The translations under genes and the position numbers were made by a program. A stretch of 64,000 nt of DNA from Octopus sinensis (lineage: Eukaryota): the NCBI RefSeq assembly GCF_006345805.1, contig NC_042998.1, positions 119,598,001 through 119,662,000 on the forward strand, given 5' to 3'. The notes under the pieces are model-generated. The model searched no databases and had not been told where the DNA came from. It was given only the letters and a program-made list of their open reading frames with translations. Shown one piece after another: positions 25,066 through 39,659 of this stretch; positions within the stretch are counted from its first letter, which is position 1; each line of letters opens with the position of its first letter.

Positions 25066-26434
25066 GCATAGGCACATTCACATGGTGCCACATGGGGAAA
25101 AGACATGGTACAGTTTCTTACAAAGTGGGACCCAAGTTTTGTACACTGTTCCAGATATGCCAACAGTCTATTTGTACCTTGCAATTAGTTAGCTGTTTGT
25201 GCAGAATTTCCAGTTTCTGCTTGCTCTCTTTCATTAGCACTCTTATTAAATTTCAGTTATAACTACTATTCAGTGTATATTACATATCAGAGAACACTAA
25301 ATTTCAAACTGTTCTCTTTTTTAGTTGTTTCTGTGGCTTCTTTCTACACAAGGCCCTATCCTAAGGACTTTTTCTGTTTTATATACAGCCTGTGGAGATG
25401 TTCAGTTCCAGTATCTATTAGCTCACTGCTGGGTTAATCTGTACCAGAGATAATGTCTGTTTATTTTGATGGGCTTTTCCTGTTTGTACAGTAATGTTAA
25501 CACTGTTTACATCTGTCTCAACAAAAACATGGGTTGGGGTAGGGCAGAGAGACTGTAGAATTTGCTGATGTATCTAGTGTCTTTTGTCTGCTATGGTTCT
25601 GTTTAAATTTGTTGACATCAGCAGATAATCCATGTCAGTGACATATTGCTGACAATTCATAAACCCAGTTCAATTTACCTATATTTAGACTTTTTTTTTT
25701 TTTTTTTTTTTGTAACATGTATGCCCTGCTGTTTGTTGGTGCACTTGTCTTTTTTAAAACCCCATTCTACCATCTGCTTCACTGATACCCTTGCATTTCA
25801 GAAACTTGTCATTCTATATTCATTATTTTACTTATTTTCATTCAGAGATTGAGTTTTAAGTTACTGTTTAAAGAAAAGAAAGAAAAACATCCTGCCTAGA
25901 TTTTCCCCAGCATGGCCACAGTGTCAAGTTTGAAACGTAAAAGAATATATCCCAGGTCCACTTTGCAGTTTCATCTTTCAAGGTTCATAAAATAAATCCC
26001 AGAGTTGATCCGGTCTACTTTTATCCTAATGTGGTCCTTCAGCATGACCATAGTCTAAGAGCTGAAATCTGCATGTAGAATGTGTGTGCTCACACATGCA
26101 TACATACAAATTGCAAAGGCCATTTGTGATCACTTTTGGAGCAGCCATTTCAATAAAATTAACCATATAACATTAAGCATAGGATATAGTAATATCCATA
26201 GCATGATTTGCACACACAAACTATTATAGTCCCTTAGGTTTTATTTTGCAATAGTATCAAATGTGAATATAATGATATCAGTGTTTGGCTATCATCACTC
26301 TACCTGGGCGGAAATGTTTCAGTTTCAACTTATGATCTCTGTGCTAAACAAGTACAAGCTTGGTATATAATGCAGGTGAGCAGTATCTTATCTAAGCCTG
26401 ACATTTGTCTGGGCTGATCATAAATTTCTGCGCA

Positions 26435-26483
<49 letters not shown>

Positions 26484-26707
26484 TGTGGGCACACACATCT
26501 ACACATGAATACAAGTGTGTGTGTGTGTGTGTGTATTTCAAACAAGTTGAGCATCCACAGAGGGTCTTGTTGGCTTGTAATGACGATGATTATGATAACT
26601 TTCTTAGTATATGGTTGATTGATTGATTGGTGGTTAAAGAGTTGAGCAAAAATCACTCTTTTACTGGGTTCAGCTTTATCATTGTGGCCGTGCTGGTTGG
26701 TTATTAA

Positions 26708-26881
26708 CCCTATAGCATTCAGATTACTCTGCCAAATGTTAAGTTATTTATTCACATTATTTTGAATTAATTATGCATTATCTTGTAGCTTTGAGATTTC
26801 AATGATGTGACTGTTGATTTTTAGAATGACTTTGTAGGATGGGTGTGAGAGGCTTGATGTGCCACTTTAAATAGTAAAGGG
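26708..26881 (+). mobile_element. TTAA-flanked piggyBac-type MITE family copy
   Basis: TTAA|CCCTATAGCATTCAGATTAC ... AGTAAAGGG|TTAA; same family as the copies at 35844, 49753, 53563 and 54768. Confidence 0.75.
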
Positions 26882-28299
26882 TTAAATGAATGTTTCCTTT
26901 GATACATTTAACACCATGCTCATGCTTTTGATGATGCATGCAAATGCCAAAATTTGCAGTGGTTTGATTGTATTACATAACTGAAAAACATTTAATTATT
27001 CAAGCTAGCAAAAAGCCTCTATGCAGCCCCTTAACCTGGTAGAAATGTCAGACAAACCTTGCTGTCCAAAAATTGGAAGGTCTCATTCGAGAAAAAGGTG
27101 GTAGATTTGTGGCTGGAACTTATTTAAGCATAGGTCTGTTCTATCAAAGCTGACTTGGGTGGAGTTTAGATAACATTAATATCTAGTCATTTTGTGTTCA
27201 CTCGGTGATGGTGGTGAAAAGACTGCTGTAAGCATATTCTACAAGAAATAAATTTAATGTTTTCTATATATATCTGATTGTTGTGTAGATTTATCTTGTA
27301 TTCTTTGTAACATAACTAATAAATAGCAGTGACATTATACTATTGTGAATATGTTGAATTTGTTAATCTCTTTTTATACACCCTGTTTGTTTCACACACA
27401 TCCCTCTCTCTCTCTCTCTCTTGCCCTCTTTCTGTGGGACATTCTGTATTTTTACAAATAAACATTAAGAAATGTAGTGCTTATAATTTATCATGAATTA
27501 ATTAACTATGCTCCATGACAGATTTCATAAAGCACCCATATTTTCATTTTCTAATTGTTCTCCTGCAAGACTTTATAGTCTTCTTTTTTAATTTAGATTT
27601 TTTTTATTCCTTAATACTTCAAGGGTTTGTCCTTCACCCATTTTAAGCCACTTCATTTTTTGTAGTGCTGTGGTGTAACATTAAACCTGTCACCATCTCT
27701 ACTGTCAAACTTTACTTTCTTCTATACTACTGTTATAAAAACCCCGAAGTTTCAAATTCTTGTTCTATAGCAGCACCATTATCTCCCAGGTTAACTTTTT
27801 AACTTTATTTCATGTAGTTGTGTTAGTCTTGTTTTATTTTAGGTATGCTAACTTCTCAATTTTCAAATGTTGCTATCACATGCTGCATACATGTGCATAG
27901 CTTTACTTCCATTATTGATAAGTAACTGAAAGAATTTATTTCAAAATGACAGTCAAACAAGCCACCCATCAGCCGAAACTTTACTCATCCTATCAGTTGC
28001 AAAACTTAAGACACCTACTCCTAATATCGATACATAGAAAGAGATTGTAGAGATGCTACAGTGGAGGCAAGTATATGTGTACTGTATACAAAAGGTAAAG
28101 TGTAGGGGGAAACTCATCACACTCATTGTGGGGGGGGGGATGAAGGTAACAGTCACAGGGTGGGTGGAGTAAGCTTATTGTTGACTGTAAATGGATCAAG
28201 TAATTGAGGTAGTCAGAAAATGACAATATAATTTTAGGTATTCTTGGATAATACAACAGTGATCTCTGCACATGCACCACAGTCAACTGACAGATGAGT

Positions 28300-29050
28300 C
28301 ATAGGCCTGTTACTATGAAATCCTCTCGCAGACCACCTTGATAAAAGACAGTAACCTTATCACAACTGGCGACTTCAATGAAGACATTGGGTAATGTCAT
28401 TATGGCTATAAAAATATGCATTAGGCTATAGGATAAGAAATTAAGAAGGATCAAGCCTCTAAGATCTATAATGCAACTGACTTAACCATTTACAATATTA
28501 ACTTCAGGAAATTTGCTGGTCACCTAATCACCACTCATTCAAACAGATTTTATGCTAACTAGGAAACAGGATAGGCAGCTGATTATGAATACTAGTCCTT
28601 CCTTGGTCGAGAATATTGCTCAACAAAAACTAGTGATTAGCAACCTCAAGACTGGAGTTAAATGGACACAAGACAAGCTATGAAAGTTGAAACATTCTTC
28701 AGTTAGATGTAGGTTCATAGAAGTACTATTTGATGCATAAAACAAGAGTGGGGGGCGGGATAGACTTAGAACTGAAAGTTTCTGCAAGTCAGAGACTAGT
28801 AGATGAAACACTGTTCTAGCTAAACAGAATGTTATGATAGTGGAATGATACAGTAGTTAGTACCCTAAATACTATATTTAGAAAGATTGGATAATAGAAG
28901 GAGAGTAGGAAAAATATATCAGATAGCTGGAAGGGAAACTAAACACCAGATATATGTAGCAAGGGAAATGCTGAAAGAAGTGTACTAATGTACTGCATTA
29001 AGTGGATCAAAGGGATGAAGAGTTCCATAACTGCAAATTGTATTGGAGAA
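28300..29050 (+). mobile_element. Old degraded RTE endonuclease-region fragment
   Basis: ggcgacttcaatg (GDFN), aacttcaggaaa...cacctaatcacc and ctcaacaaaaactagtgattagc parallel 7810-8130 of the young RTE. Confidence 0.65.
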
Positions 29051-29209
29051 GACCTATCCATTCCATGCAAGAATGGTTGTAATTTTTTTTTTTTTTTTTC
29101 TGTCTAGCTACTAGAATAAGTATTGTACGAAATTTTTTGTGTGTGTGAGAGAGAGAGATTTCCATTGAAGTCTTACAGAGTCTTTTCTTACAGGACACTG
29201 CTGAGGACT

Positions 29210-29410
29210 AATATAATCCTTTCTGTTATAGGCACAAGGCCTGAAATTTGGGGGAGGAGGGTAGTTGATTATGTTGACTCCAGTACTCAGCTGGTACTTT
29301 ATTTATCAACCCCAAAAGGATGGAAGATATCGTTGACCATGGCGGAATTTGAACTCGGAATGTAGCGACATTTTGTCCAGTGTGCTAACAATTCTGCCAG
29401 CTCACCACTG
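29210..29410 (-). mobile_element. SINE family 2 (ggcagaattgttagcac...ctttcatcc...aagtaccag...ggccttgtgcc type)
   Basis: Clear reverse-complement copy. Relatives at ~1650-1835(-), 17580-17730(-), 23230-23600(+, tandem), 51240-51630(-, tandem), 51925-52320(+, tandem) and 55590-55797(+). Confidence 0.75.
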
Positions 29411-30409
29411 AATACTAATATAATAATTGAAAGAATGATATAATAGTGCTTTACCATTACTTTAATTTCAGAGGAAGGAGGTTTAAACTCTACCTGATAA
29501 TCTAATAAAACATTTGTAAATTATGATTCTCTAATTACAGCAGATAATTTTATTAACAGCAAATCTATTTACTATTGCATCCATCCCTCAATTCCCCTGA
29601 CAGCAGATTATGACCATTCAACCTAAAACTGCTATTACAATAAAGTAACATCGTAGAGACATACTGTTAAACCATTTACTAACAATGTACCAAACAAGGA
29701 AATAGGGGAGACAGTTTTAAAACTGAAGTTGCAGGAAATTTCCCAAATAACAGCAACTTTAGATTTGAAATGCTGTTGAATCTTTTATTCTTTGACATGT
29801 TTCAGCCCTAAGGCTGTAGCCATGCTGGGGCATGTTTTTTTTTTTTTTGCTTTGGATTTTAAAACTTTTAATACATATGCTTTGTAAATAATGTGGATAT
29901 AGTATAACAAATACCATTTTTATTAACTGTTAAATGTGCAGTAAACAAAAAGTGCAGGGTCAATACAACTGGCGATTTGTTGTGCTTGAGAAGACCCACT
30001 CAGCTAAGTAAAATTCATCCCTCCCCCTCAGCCCACACATGCTCCACTGTCTTCCACTCCCTTACGTTCTTCCTTATGTATCTACCTACCTGCACACAAC
30101 ATGCCCTTGTTAAATCCTCTTCCCCACAACATGACTTCCTCCCTCTACAAGTGTGCGACCCCCCCCCCCCATAACATTCTCCCACCTCGAACTCCCAGTC
30201 CTTTTGTGATCATAACTCACCCTATCCAAATCCACACCCCTCAGTTCACTTCACTATAAACACCACCCTGTAACTTGGATATATGGCCCCTCTCCACTCT
30301 CTTGTCACATGCTAACCATCTTCATTTCTCTCTTTCTGAGATAGCCTTGATAAACATCTAATGCAGGACACCTTTTCTATCCATCAGTACTACTCCCACC
30401 AGTTGAGTG

Positions 30410-30620
30410 GTCTTGTCCTGCATGTTATTTGGTGACCTCTACTGCTGGTGCCATATAAAAAGCACACAGTACACTCCAAAGTAGCTTGTTAGGAAGGGCA
30501 TCCAACCATAGAAATCATGCCAAGACTAACAGCAGAGCTTAGTGCAGTCTTCAGACTTGCCAATTCTTGTCAAACCCTCCCACCCATGCCAGCAGGGAAA
30601 ACATATGTTAAACAATGATA
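30410..30620 (+). mobile_element. RTE 3'-end-derived short repeat
   Basis: taaaaagcac...ttaggaagggcatcc...cccatgccagc...gttaaacaatgat. Confidence 0.7.
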
Positions 30621-31969
30621 TATAATCCTACAGCGCTAGTGTTGGGTGACAAATACATGTTTATTACAATTTTCAAAAATGCTGTTTGGTTTTCTGTTAT
30701 TCTGGATACCATTATCTCAAAACTTTACTGTACATTTTGTTTACAGTCTGTCACTTGCAGTTTCCTCATCTTGTGGTTACTTGCAACCCGTATTATCTAC
30801 TTACTAGTCCTTGCTATCTTATTCACTAGTAATCTATTATTACACTGGTGTTTTGGCAAATTGTTTTGTTTCTTTAATTTCACTGAAGACTAATTGACTC
30901 CTCCTAGAGTTAGTGGAAATCTCTTCCAACAGACCATCAGTCACACTGCAGTAATTTAAATTTTTTTTTTTATCTCTCTTGGATTGCTCAAGTACCAATA
31001 ATATCCTGGAGTTGATTATCCCTTTTTCTACAAAAGATACTTTGTTCTTGTGCTCACTTCTACAGGTTTTCACTATGCTGTCTAGTTAGCAAATGGTTGT
31101 GTGGTTTCACAGCCATATCATTTACAGATTTCTTCTCTCTATATAGCACCTTAGATTGACTTGCGTGTTGTAAATGAAGTTTGGTGTGTATGTATAGGTG
31201 TGTGTATGTATATAGCTTAATATATATTTTCAAAAATTGAAAACCCAATGCTTCCTTGCATTGGTAAACTCTTGTCATTCTTGCTGTCAGAAATGTGGTG
31301 AACTAGTTATTCACCTTTTGGAAACTTGTATCTAACAATGCTATTGTTCTTCAAATGAGATATAAAATAAATCAGAATTGCATATTGTTTGAATGTAATT
31401 TCCTTGTTCTGTAAATATTTCTCCTTCTACATAGTGTTTTGGTTATGTGAATTCTGAAATGAAGGTAACAAAATAACTCAATGTTATTGACAAAAATGTT
31501 TCAAAAATGTTCAGGATTTTTTTTTTTTTTTTTGTGCAAATATTAAAAAAAAATGTTTTGTAATAGCCAAACTAGTTTTCTTAGTTAAATCATATTGTTA
31601 GTATATTTAGAAAGGAAGACCAAAAAAAGTCAAGTGTGATGGTATTTGGTACATTTAATAGTAATAAATTGTATAGAAATTATTGTGCTGTTTCAGAGCT
31701 TCACAAAAATGATCTAATCCAGTGCTTATTTGAAACATCTCTATCTCTCTCTCTCTTCTTTTTAGACATGCTGGGACACCACTACCTTCAAGGGTTTTAG
31801 TCAGTCATATCCCACACCACTGCATATTTTTATATGTATTTGCTGAATGCCTAATTTTCACCATTTTGACATGACTCTGTGTGTGTGTATTATATACACC
31901 TTTTCATTTAGTATGAGGATATGTTTGAGACACAGTTTGTGATGTTTACTGTGATAATCTGTAACATCC

Positions 31970-32335
31970 TTTATTTGTTTCAGTCATTGGACTGTTGCCA
32001 TGCTGGGGCACTGCCCTGAAGAGTTTAGTTGAACAGATCAACCCATGCTTATTTTAAGTCTGGTACTTATTCTATTGGTCTTTTTTGCAGAGCCACTAAG
32101 TTATAAGGACATAAACAAACCAGCACTGGTTGTGAAGTGTTGGTGAGGGACATGCACACACATACGTTTGTACATTTATACAACAGGCTTCCACACAGTT
32201 TCATTCTATTAGTGTCACTCACAAGGCATTGGTCAACCTAGGGCTATAATAGAAAATAACTGCTCAAAGTGCTGTGCAGTGATACTGAATCTAAAGCCAC
32301 AGGGTTGCAAAGCAAGCTTCTTAACCACCCAGCTA
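31970..32335 (-). mobile_element. tRNA-derived SINE, family 1 (near full length)
   Basis: The minus strand starts with a tRNA-like head (gctgggtggttaagaagcttgct...gattcagt), has a central gccttgtgagtg...gaagcc domain and ends ccccagcatggc...aatgactgaaac. Related copies at ~6180-6495(-), 21697-21890(-), 36450-36800(-), 43735-43880(+) and 50990-51120(-). Confidence 0.75.
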
Positions 32336-33432
32336 TAGAATTACGTTGTGCAAAAGTTGCTCTGATCCCCCTGGGTGTTGTTTATTTGCCTCAATTTTTT
32401 GCTTTTTTAACTCCTTAAAACCACATAAACCATGGTTCCAATATGTGACATATCATTTTTCAACAGTAATAGCCATTGTAACAATATAACTATAAGTTCA
32501 GTGTATAACTTGTCAGTAGTGTTCATTACTAATACATTTCTTAAATAGTTCTATAGCAGTTAGTTTGCCTAAACTGTTTTTTCATTACTGGAAACCAAAA
32601 ATATATTTTTTTTACCTTATTTCTCCATGCTAGCATAGGTTAGATGAATATATTCTGGTTGCCTTTCCTGTCACTAACCCTTACCCATTTTTCATGTAAG
32701 GTGTAATTCCACATATCTTGAGGGCACATTCTACAAGGTATTTTCTCAGGTATTTTAACAATTCTTCCAATCCACTGCCTTCATTAGTATAGCCAATCAT
32801 TTTTCTTAACCATTATTCAGCAGACCTTTGCTCAAAGGTAGAGGTCCCTCCTTCCTTTTTTTTAAACACCAGGTTGTGATATGATAGATATTCACTGCAC
32901 TTTCTAGAGAGTTGAGAAATCACATAGAGACTATGCAGTTGGCTTTGAGCAGTTTTCATTCAGTTATTTCTGAGTTTCTTTAATTATTTATTGGGTGTAA
33001 ATAATTGAGGAGGAGGAGTCAGAGGAAGAGATATAATGGTGTGTACTGGCAGACTTAAAAGCACTTTGAAAATTCCTGAGTGAGTTATTTTCGTGTCTAA
33101 CAAGCTGGATAGATTTTCACTAGCATGGCTGTGTGTGTATGTCCTGGTGATATGTTCTTTTGGCATGCTGAATGTTTTTTTGAAGATTTGTCTGTTTTAC
33201 TTAAATTGCTTTGCACATCTGTTTTAGAATAGTTGAAGCCAAATTTCTACTTGATTTGTAAATGGTGTTTTAGTTGGGTACATTTTAGCATTCTTGATTT
33301 TTGTTATTGCACACTGAAAATTGACAATTTTTCAATCGTGCAGTAAACAAAATAATTTTTAATTTTGGCAGGAGGCCTGAGTTTGTGGAGTAACTGCTTA
33401 AACCACTCCCACCCCCAATCTAGTGTATTTAA

Positions 33433-33653
33433 CCCATTGAGTCCCACTGTCCTATAAATAGGACACTAAATGAGAACATTAAATAAGCTGTATCACATTG
33501 TCTCAGTGTCCTATTTATAGGATACTGAGTATTTCCATTTCTACTTGAAAGGAGTTTTAATAATTATTTTTTTTCATTTTAACCTATTTTCAATCATCTG
33601 TAAAAAAATTTAAAGTAATATTCAATAATTTAAGTACTCTGGGACTTAATGGG
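33433..33653. mobile_element. piggyBac-type MITE in a TTAA site
   Basis: TTAA|CCCATTGAGTCCCA ... TGGGACTTAATGGG|TTAA (13/14 TIR match), plus internal inverted gtcctataaataggac motifs. Confidence 0.85.
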
Positions 33654-35843
33654 TTAAGACTACCTTATCCAACATAGCCTCTTCTCTCCTACTTTTTAAA
33701 ATGGTAGAATAGGATTTGGGAGGTGATTGGCTGTTATTTCTAGTTTAAGTAACAGCATTGAATCTTAGAACATTGTGACCCAATCACAATGTTCCTATTA
33801 GTTTTATTTGAAATTAGATTAACTGGTATCACTGCACATTGGTACACTGTTCATAGTTGTTAGTTGTATCGTAGTAGCATGTCAGCTGTTTTACTCTGAC
33901 CTAAGAGTTCAACCACCCATTCAGGTCAAGATATATGGATGTATATTGTACTGGTTTGAGTTAAACATGTTCTGCCCCCAGTTGATTTTAAGACAGTGTG
34001 TGATTTGGGGGAAGATTTGGCTGTAATTTTCCAGTAGGTAGAGCAACTATCTAAACTTCCCCCTATTTTGTAGTATTAAATTTGATTTGTCGTTCTAGCT
34101 ATTGCCGTCCCATCATTGTTTGGCATATTACCTACCAATTTAGGACTTAAAACATCTATCTTCATTTTTGAAGCTGTAGGTTGTGTCCCTTTCTGGCTTA
34201 ATGGATAGTGAATTAAAATGCTGAGGGGCTTTCTTTTCTTTTCTTTTTTTTTCCAGCATAGGCACAAGCATGGCTGGTTTTTGGTTGCCTTTAGCAAAGT
34301 TCTCTCTGTTGTAAGCATTCTGGTCCAGTCTCTAGTCTAAGCATCACTTCCAATTTTGTCTTACCAATTACAGGTCTTCAAAAAAGTCATGGGCATTATC
34401 CTTCCTTCTCTAAATTATTGAAACGTTTTCCATGTGTATATTTTTGTTTTCTTGCATGGTTGGTTAAGTCGTTGGGGCAGATGTTCACCTATCTTGTTGC
34501 CCTTCCCTGTGACAACCCACTCTGCTATGGTGTTAAAGTAGTTCAAGGCTTCAGATTAACGTCTTATTACATAATGTATTATGGTTCCACAGAAGCTGTA
34601 CTGAACTCCAATTTCTTTGGCACTGGTTGTCTGAGACCTCTCTTGTCCTGGATAACCTACAATTATTGACAAGATCTGGTCTTTATTTTCCAGTTAGATA
34701 AATATATTGAGGATGAGAGGATAGATAAATTGTTTCAGTATAAGCTTGGTACTTATTGATCTTGACAGAATGGAAGGCTAAGTCATCTATATAATATGAT
34801 GTTTTGCCAGAGGTTAAACAATTGATATTTGGTTCAATAGTTTGATATCTTAAATATTTGATTTTGGTTTTTGTTTTAGTCACCATGGCTAAACTTAGGT
34901 TGAAATACTATCTTCATAAACATAGTAAATATTTCTGTGTGTGTGTGTGTGTGTGTGTTTTGTATGATGAAGTTTATACATAGACAATCAAGATATTGAT
35001 TTTTATACAATGATCTGTTGTCTTAGTTTCCCACAAAATGAGTGGGTATTAATAGAACAAGTAACCACTGGTAACATACTTTTTGTATTGTAACTTCATA
35101 CTTGCATTGATCAAAAAATATAAATATTTATGAATCGGTTGTTGATTGGAAGCCTGTGGATATTGCCTCAAAAGAATATTCCTTTTATGTGAACATGTAA
35201 AAAATATGTTGGGATATAAAAAAAAAAAATTCTTTCACATTTATATTAAGGAAATAATAAATTCTAACATCAGTATCAGAATTAAAGAGCAGGTAGCTAT
35301 TTTAGCTGACATGGACTCATAAAGCATTGAGAAGAACAGCAAATATGAAACATATTTTATTTATATTTCAAAAAGTTTTCTTTAAAACAAAATGTGAGAG
35401 GAAATATTGGGCAATTCCTATTTAATTCAGCAGCTTATTTCAGGAATTTAGGGAAATATATTTAGTGTTCCACTTAATATGCATGTTACTATTAGTTATA
35501 TCAATAAAGTTAACATGATTTACAGGTTTACCTTACTAATCATTTTCAATGTTAACTGTTTCAATACTCACCAAACTACTATTTCTCTCATCTGATCTGA
35601 AATATTGATAATGCACTAGTGATTTGATGATTGTAATTATCAGGACATCAATACTGTCACTTTTTTTTGTTATCCTTAATTATCAGTTTTGAAATTCCAC
35701 TGTGGTTTTGTAGCTGACAGTCAAGTGCTAAGTACTGTATTTGGCAGCATATACGATGCAGCCCCCCCCCCAGCTAAACTATGTCTCAAAAAAAAAACCC
35801 CACCCCTGGTACTATATGCAAAGTTGGGCCTATATTACATTAA

Positions 35844-36042
35844 CCCTTTAGCATTTAAATACGCATATCTGGCCCAAGTATTCTACTTGTTTTGTGTTCA
35901 AACCAGCCAGATCTAACCTCCCACACTTATTCTACAATGTCATTTTTAAAATAATGTAATCAAAATCTTGAAACTACAAGATATGCATTTTTCATTCAAA
36001 ACCATGCTTTACATTTGCCAAAGTAATCTGAATGATAAAGAG
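35844..36042 (-). mobile_element. TTAA MITE family copy
   Basis: TTAA|CCCTTTAGCATTTAAA ... GTAATCTGAATGATAAAGAG|TTAA. Confidence 0.75.
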
Positions 36043-36449
36043 TTAATGCTCTAAGGACTTCCTTTCTAAATGTGTGCTGCTGAAATTAAGATGTCTCTAA
36101 TATGCCCCTGTGTCTTTTATGCCATCAAATGTTAATCAATTGTATAATAAGTGGGAGAGTCAAGTGGCCAAAAGTGTAAAGGTTCTTACAACTGGACCTG
36201 GAGGTAACTGTAGCCTAAGATGTTTTTAGCCCCAAAGATAGCCCTGATTGTACTAACTTGTGATCTGATGTTACTAAATTATTGTAATAGAATACCATTA
36301 ATTAAATTTGCTGTGATTGTGACCATGACCCTGAGCAATTCATTGGGTATAATTTAAGAGTTAGTACCCCTAGATTTTAAGCAGATGATTTAGTAAATCA
36401 GACACTAATTTGCATTTTCGTTGTACATTTATTTTACCAGCTTTCTCTG

Positions 36450-36620
36450 TCTTTCAGTCATTGGACTACTGCATTGTAGGGCTATTCAAATAGATTGACA
36501 CACTACTTTTTTCCCCCCTTAAATTTGGTACTTATTCTATCAGTCTCTTTCATTGAATCATTAAAGTACAGAGATGTAAACAAACCAACACAGTTTTAAA
36601 GTAGGTGGAGAACAAACACT

Positions 36621-36659
<39 letters not shown>

Positions 36660-36800
36660 CAGGCTCCTACACAGTTTGCATCTACCAAATTCACTCACAA
36701 GGCTCAGGGCTGTAATAGAAGACACTTGGTCAATGTACCATGTAGTATGTTTGAACCCAAGACCACATGGTTGTGAAACCTCTTTACCACACACTATGCC
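36450..36800 (-). mobile_element. tRNA-derived SINE, family 1, with internal (CA)n
   Basis: ttcagtcattggact...ggtacttattctatc...(CA)n...tctaccaaattcactcacaaggct...gaacccaagaccacatggttg. Confidence 0.75.
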
Positions 36801-38550
36801 TTTACTTATGCTGGAATTTCTTTTTAAATGTTATTTTATTTAGAGCAATTGTTTTTCCTGTCAGCTATTCTTTTTACTGATACATGAAATAGAGGTAGAT
36901 TTTTTAATCTTTTATTTTAAGGCAAGTTAAGTCAAGAATAGTTTAATATACTGTACTAGGGAGGTGGGTTCCACAGAATAATGTTTGTAGTGAGACTTGG
37001 AATTATTATGATGATGATGATGATGAGGTTGCTCATACTTAAAACCATCGTACAAATATTTAAAAAAAAAAAAAAAGTACTCAGTTTCTTAATTTTCCTT
37101 ATGTCTATTTTCCTGGAAACTCTTATCTAGAGTATCAGTTTCAACGTTCTCTTGTAAATGCAGAACTGCTTAGCGGCAGATATTGCCTGCCAACTGTTAA
37201 GGTCAGTTACCATATATTTTAAGATGCGATATGGTTGTACTTACTGCTGGTCTCTTAGGGTCAGTCATTCATCTTATCTGCTAATTAGAGTATGTGTGCA
37301 CATGTGTATTAATGTAGCTATAAGTTAGGTTCTGCTTTGACATTTTTAAAGTCTAGATTCATCACATGTGATTAAATAGTAATTTATTATTAATTGCATT
37401 TTAAAAACTTCCTCTATTATTTTGGAATTTTTGGAGTTTGTCTGCAGTTTTTTTTATCTTATGTTCAGGAAAGTTAATATATTATGCATTTTTCCTTCAA
37501 GAATTATAATTATAGTGCTGTTTCTCATATCTTAAGAGCTAATAAAATTGCACTTATCTACACCTAATTCATGACTTCTATTTAGGGCATCATGAAATTC
37601 TAGACTGTTGTATAAATATTGAATACTATGTGTATTTACAGCAAAGTAAATGACTATAAATGCACTACATGATCAGGAGTTCAAAGTTTGCTATAATTAT
37701 TTTGTCTGCTCTTTGGCCTACTTCTTCGTTTATGATTTTTCTTAAAAGTTGAGATGGTGGAGAGAAACAATATTTAAGATGTCCAAATTTACAAATACTA
37801 TCATCAATACTAAAGGAAAATGAATATAAAATGGGGGAAAAGAGTTTTGAGATCATTTTGAACCTTTTGTTCATTTGCACATATTATGAATTAACAACTC
37901 CATGCTGTGTGGATGCTGCATATCATTGCTTTTCGCTATGACTTCTATTTCTTCTGTCAGTGTTTCTTGGGTTTTTTAACACTTTGTGACCCTCTTGCCA
38001 CTAAGGGTATACTAACTACCGAAAGCACGTTTGACCCTTATTCGGCTGATTTCTGATCAAAAGCCTTCCAACCATGATCATATCTTTTGGGGTTGTTTTT
38101 TCCTTTTTTTTCAAAATTGTATGATAGGAGACAGATTTGGCTAATGTTTCTAGATAATTGGGCAACCCCTTAATAGAAGTTGCTTAAATACTGTATAATT
38201 TGGTTATAAATGCTGTGTATTCTAGCCAAAACCCATAGCCTTAGCTAGCTGTAAATGTACATATTTCAGTGTGCAGGGAACCTGTTGGCACCAGTCTTCT
38301 CTTCATTAAATGCCATTGGCTCCTCCATAAGGAATTCTCCCTCCATTTGACAGGTTTTATTTTTAATCTTGATGAGTGTCCTCTACAATCTGTAAATTAG
38401 GTGAGTTGGGATTGTGCAAGGTTGTATGGTGCCAGTATTAGATAGAGCATGACCTAACTTATATACATTATATAATTGGTATATACAGTCATAAATGATC
38501 GAACTATAAAGTTATTTATTGCTATATATTGTATGGCTATAAATGAGATA

Positions 38551-38551
<1 letters not shown>

Positions 38552-38597
<46 letters not shown>
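38552..38597. repeat. (TA)n microsatellite
   Basis: Uninterrupted TA run. Similar tracts at ~7599-7628, 26438-26475, 47664-47701 and 59626-59657. Confidence 0.95.
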
Positions 38598-38599
<2 letters not shown>

Positions 38600-39659
38600 G
38601 TAAATGATGTACATAGCTATAAATGCTATTATGAAACATAGCTATTTAAATAGTAAATACTTAATAGTTAGCATTTTGTTTGTTAGATGATCCAAATGAA
38701 TCACTTTTCAATGCTCCAAGCATTGTATCACAACAAGATATACAATGATTTGCTCTCCATTTACATTCTGTGAGTTACTGTTAAATGTACTCTTTTACAA
38801 TCTTCTGTCATTCTGTTCTGAATTCTTTCACAATGATTTCCCTATCTAATTGACATTTCAATTACCAATAGTTCTAGAAATTTATCAGTAGGTAGAATGC
38901 CAGAACAGTTTGTCAATTTAACCAATAGTTGCTTTCAACTCAGTTTTTACTAACAACTTGTCTCTGTGAGTATGTAGTGGAGTGTTTTATTTTGATTTTT
39001 CTTTTTGCTTTTATCATCAAGTTCAAATCTTGTCTGGTACACTTTGCTTATCTTGTGTAGAACATTCTATGACTAAGTAACAAAAAGGACTACAGCTCTC
39101 AAGTCAGTCTCCGTTGTCATTTGTATAATAGTAATATGAATTTCATTTTTACTTGTTGAGACAGAAGTGGTGGTGTTGTAGTTGTACATTAGTTTTATAT
39201 CTTCAGATAATGCTAATTCTCTCTTAAGATTACAGAAAGAATAATTTTTAAATCTTTAATCCTTTAGATCAATCTCTTTTTATTTTTCTAACTTTTTTGT
39301 TTTATAAAATGATTATGAAAGTTAGTAACAAACTGAGTAAGCAATCTTTTCAAAATACTTAAAATATATTTAGATCTACAAAGCTTGGCCATTTAATTAT
39401 TAGCCATCATCTTAGAAGCCAACCAATTACGTTAGCGAATAACTAATATTCTAATATCTCTGAATGGCTACTTAGTTTCTAATATGTCAAGGTGTTTGTA
39501 TTTTCTGTTGAGTCACTGGAGTGTGGCCATACTATGGCACTGCATTGAAAGATTTTAAATGATCATATCCACACAAGTACTGTTTCGGTGTGACATTTTT
39601 TGAACGGTTAATTTACTTGGAGTAAATGAATGCAACTCAATACACTATTTTATACCATA

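Noticed and set aside
37164-37201. 38-nt AG/GT-bounded segment encoding LLSGRYC
   Set aside because: Resemblance to SLTGRYW is too short to be meaningful, the donor is weak and the phase does not fit.
38687-38769. Possible WDR77 exon 1 or cassette exon (ttgttAG|ATGATCC...TTCT|gtgagt, containing NAPS in one frame)
   Set aside because: The NAPS frame hits a stop. The ATG frame ends in phase 2, incompatible with the phase-1 start at 41863, and shows no MEP50 similarity. Cannot be supported without RNA data.
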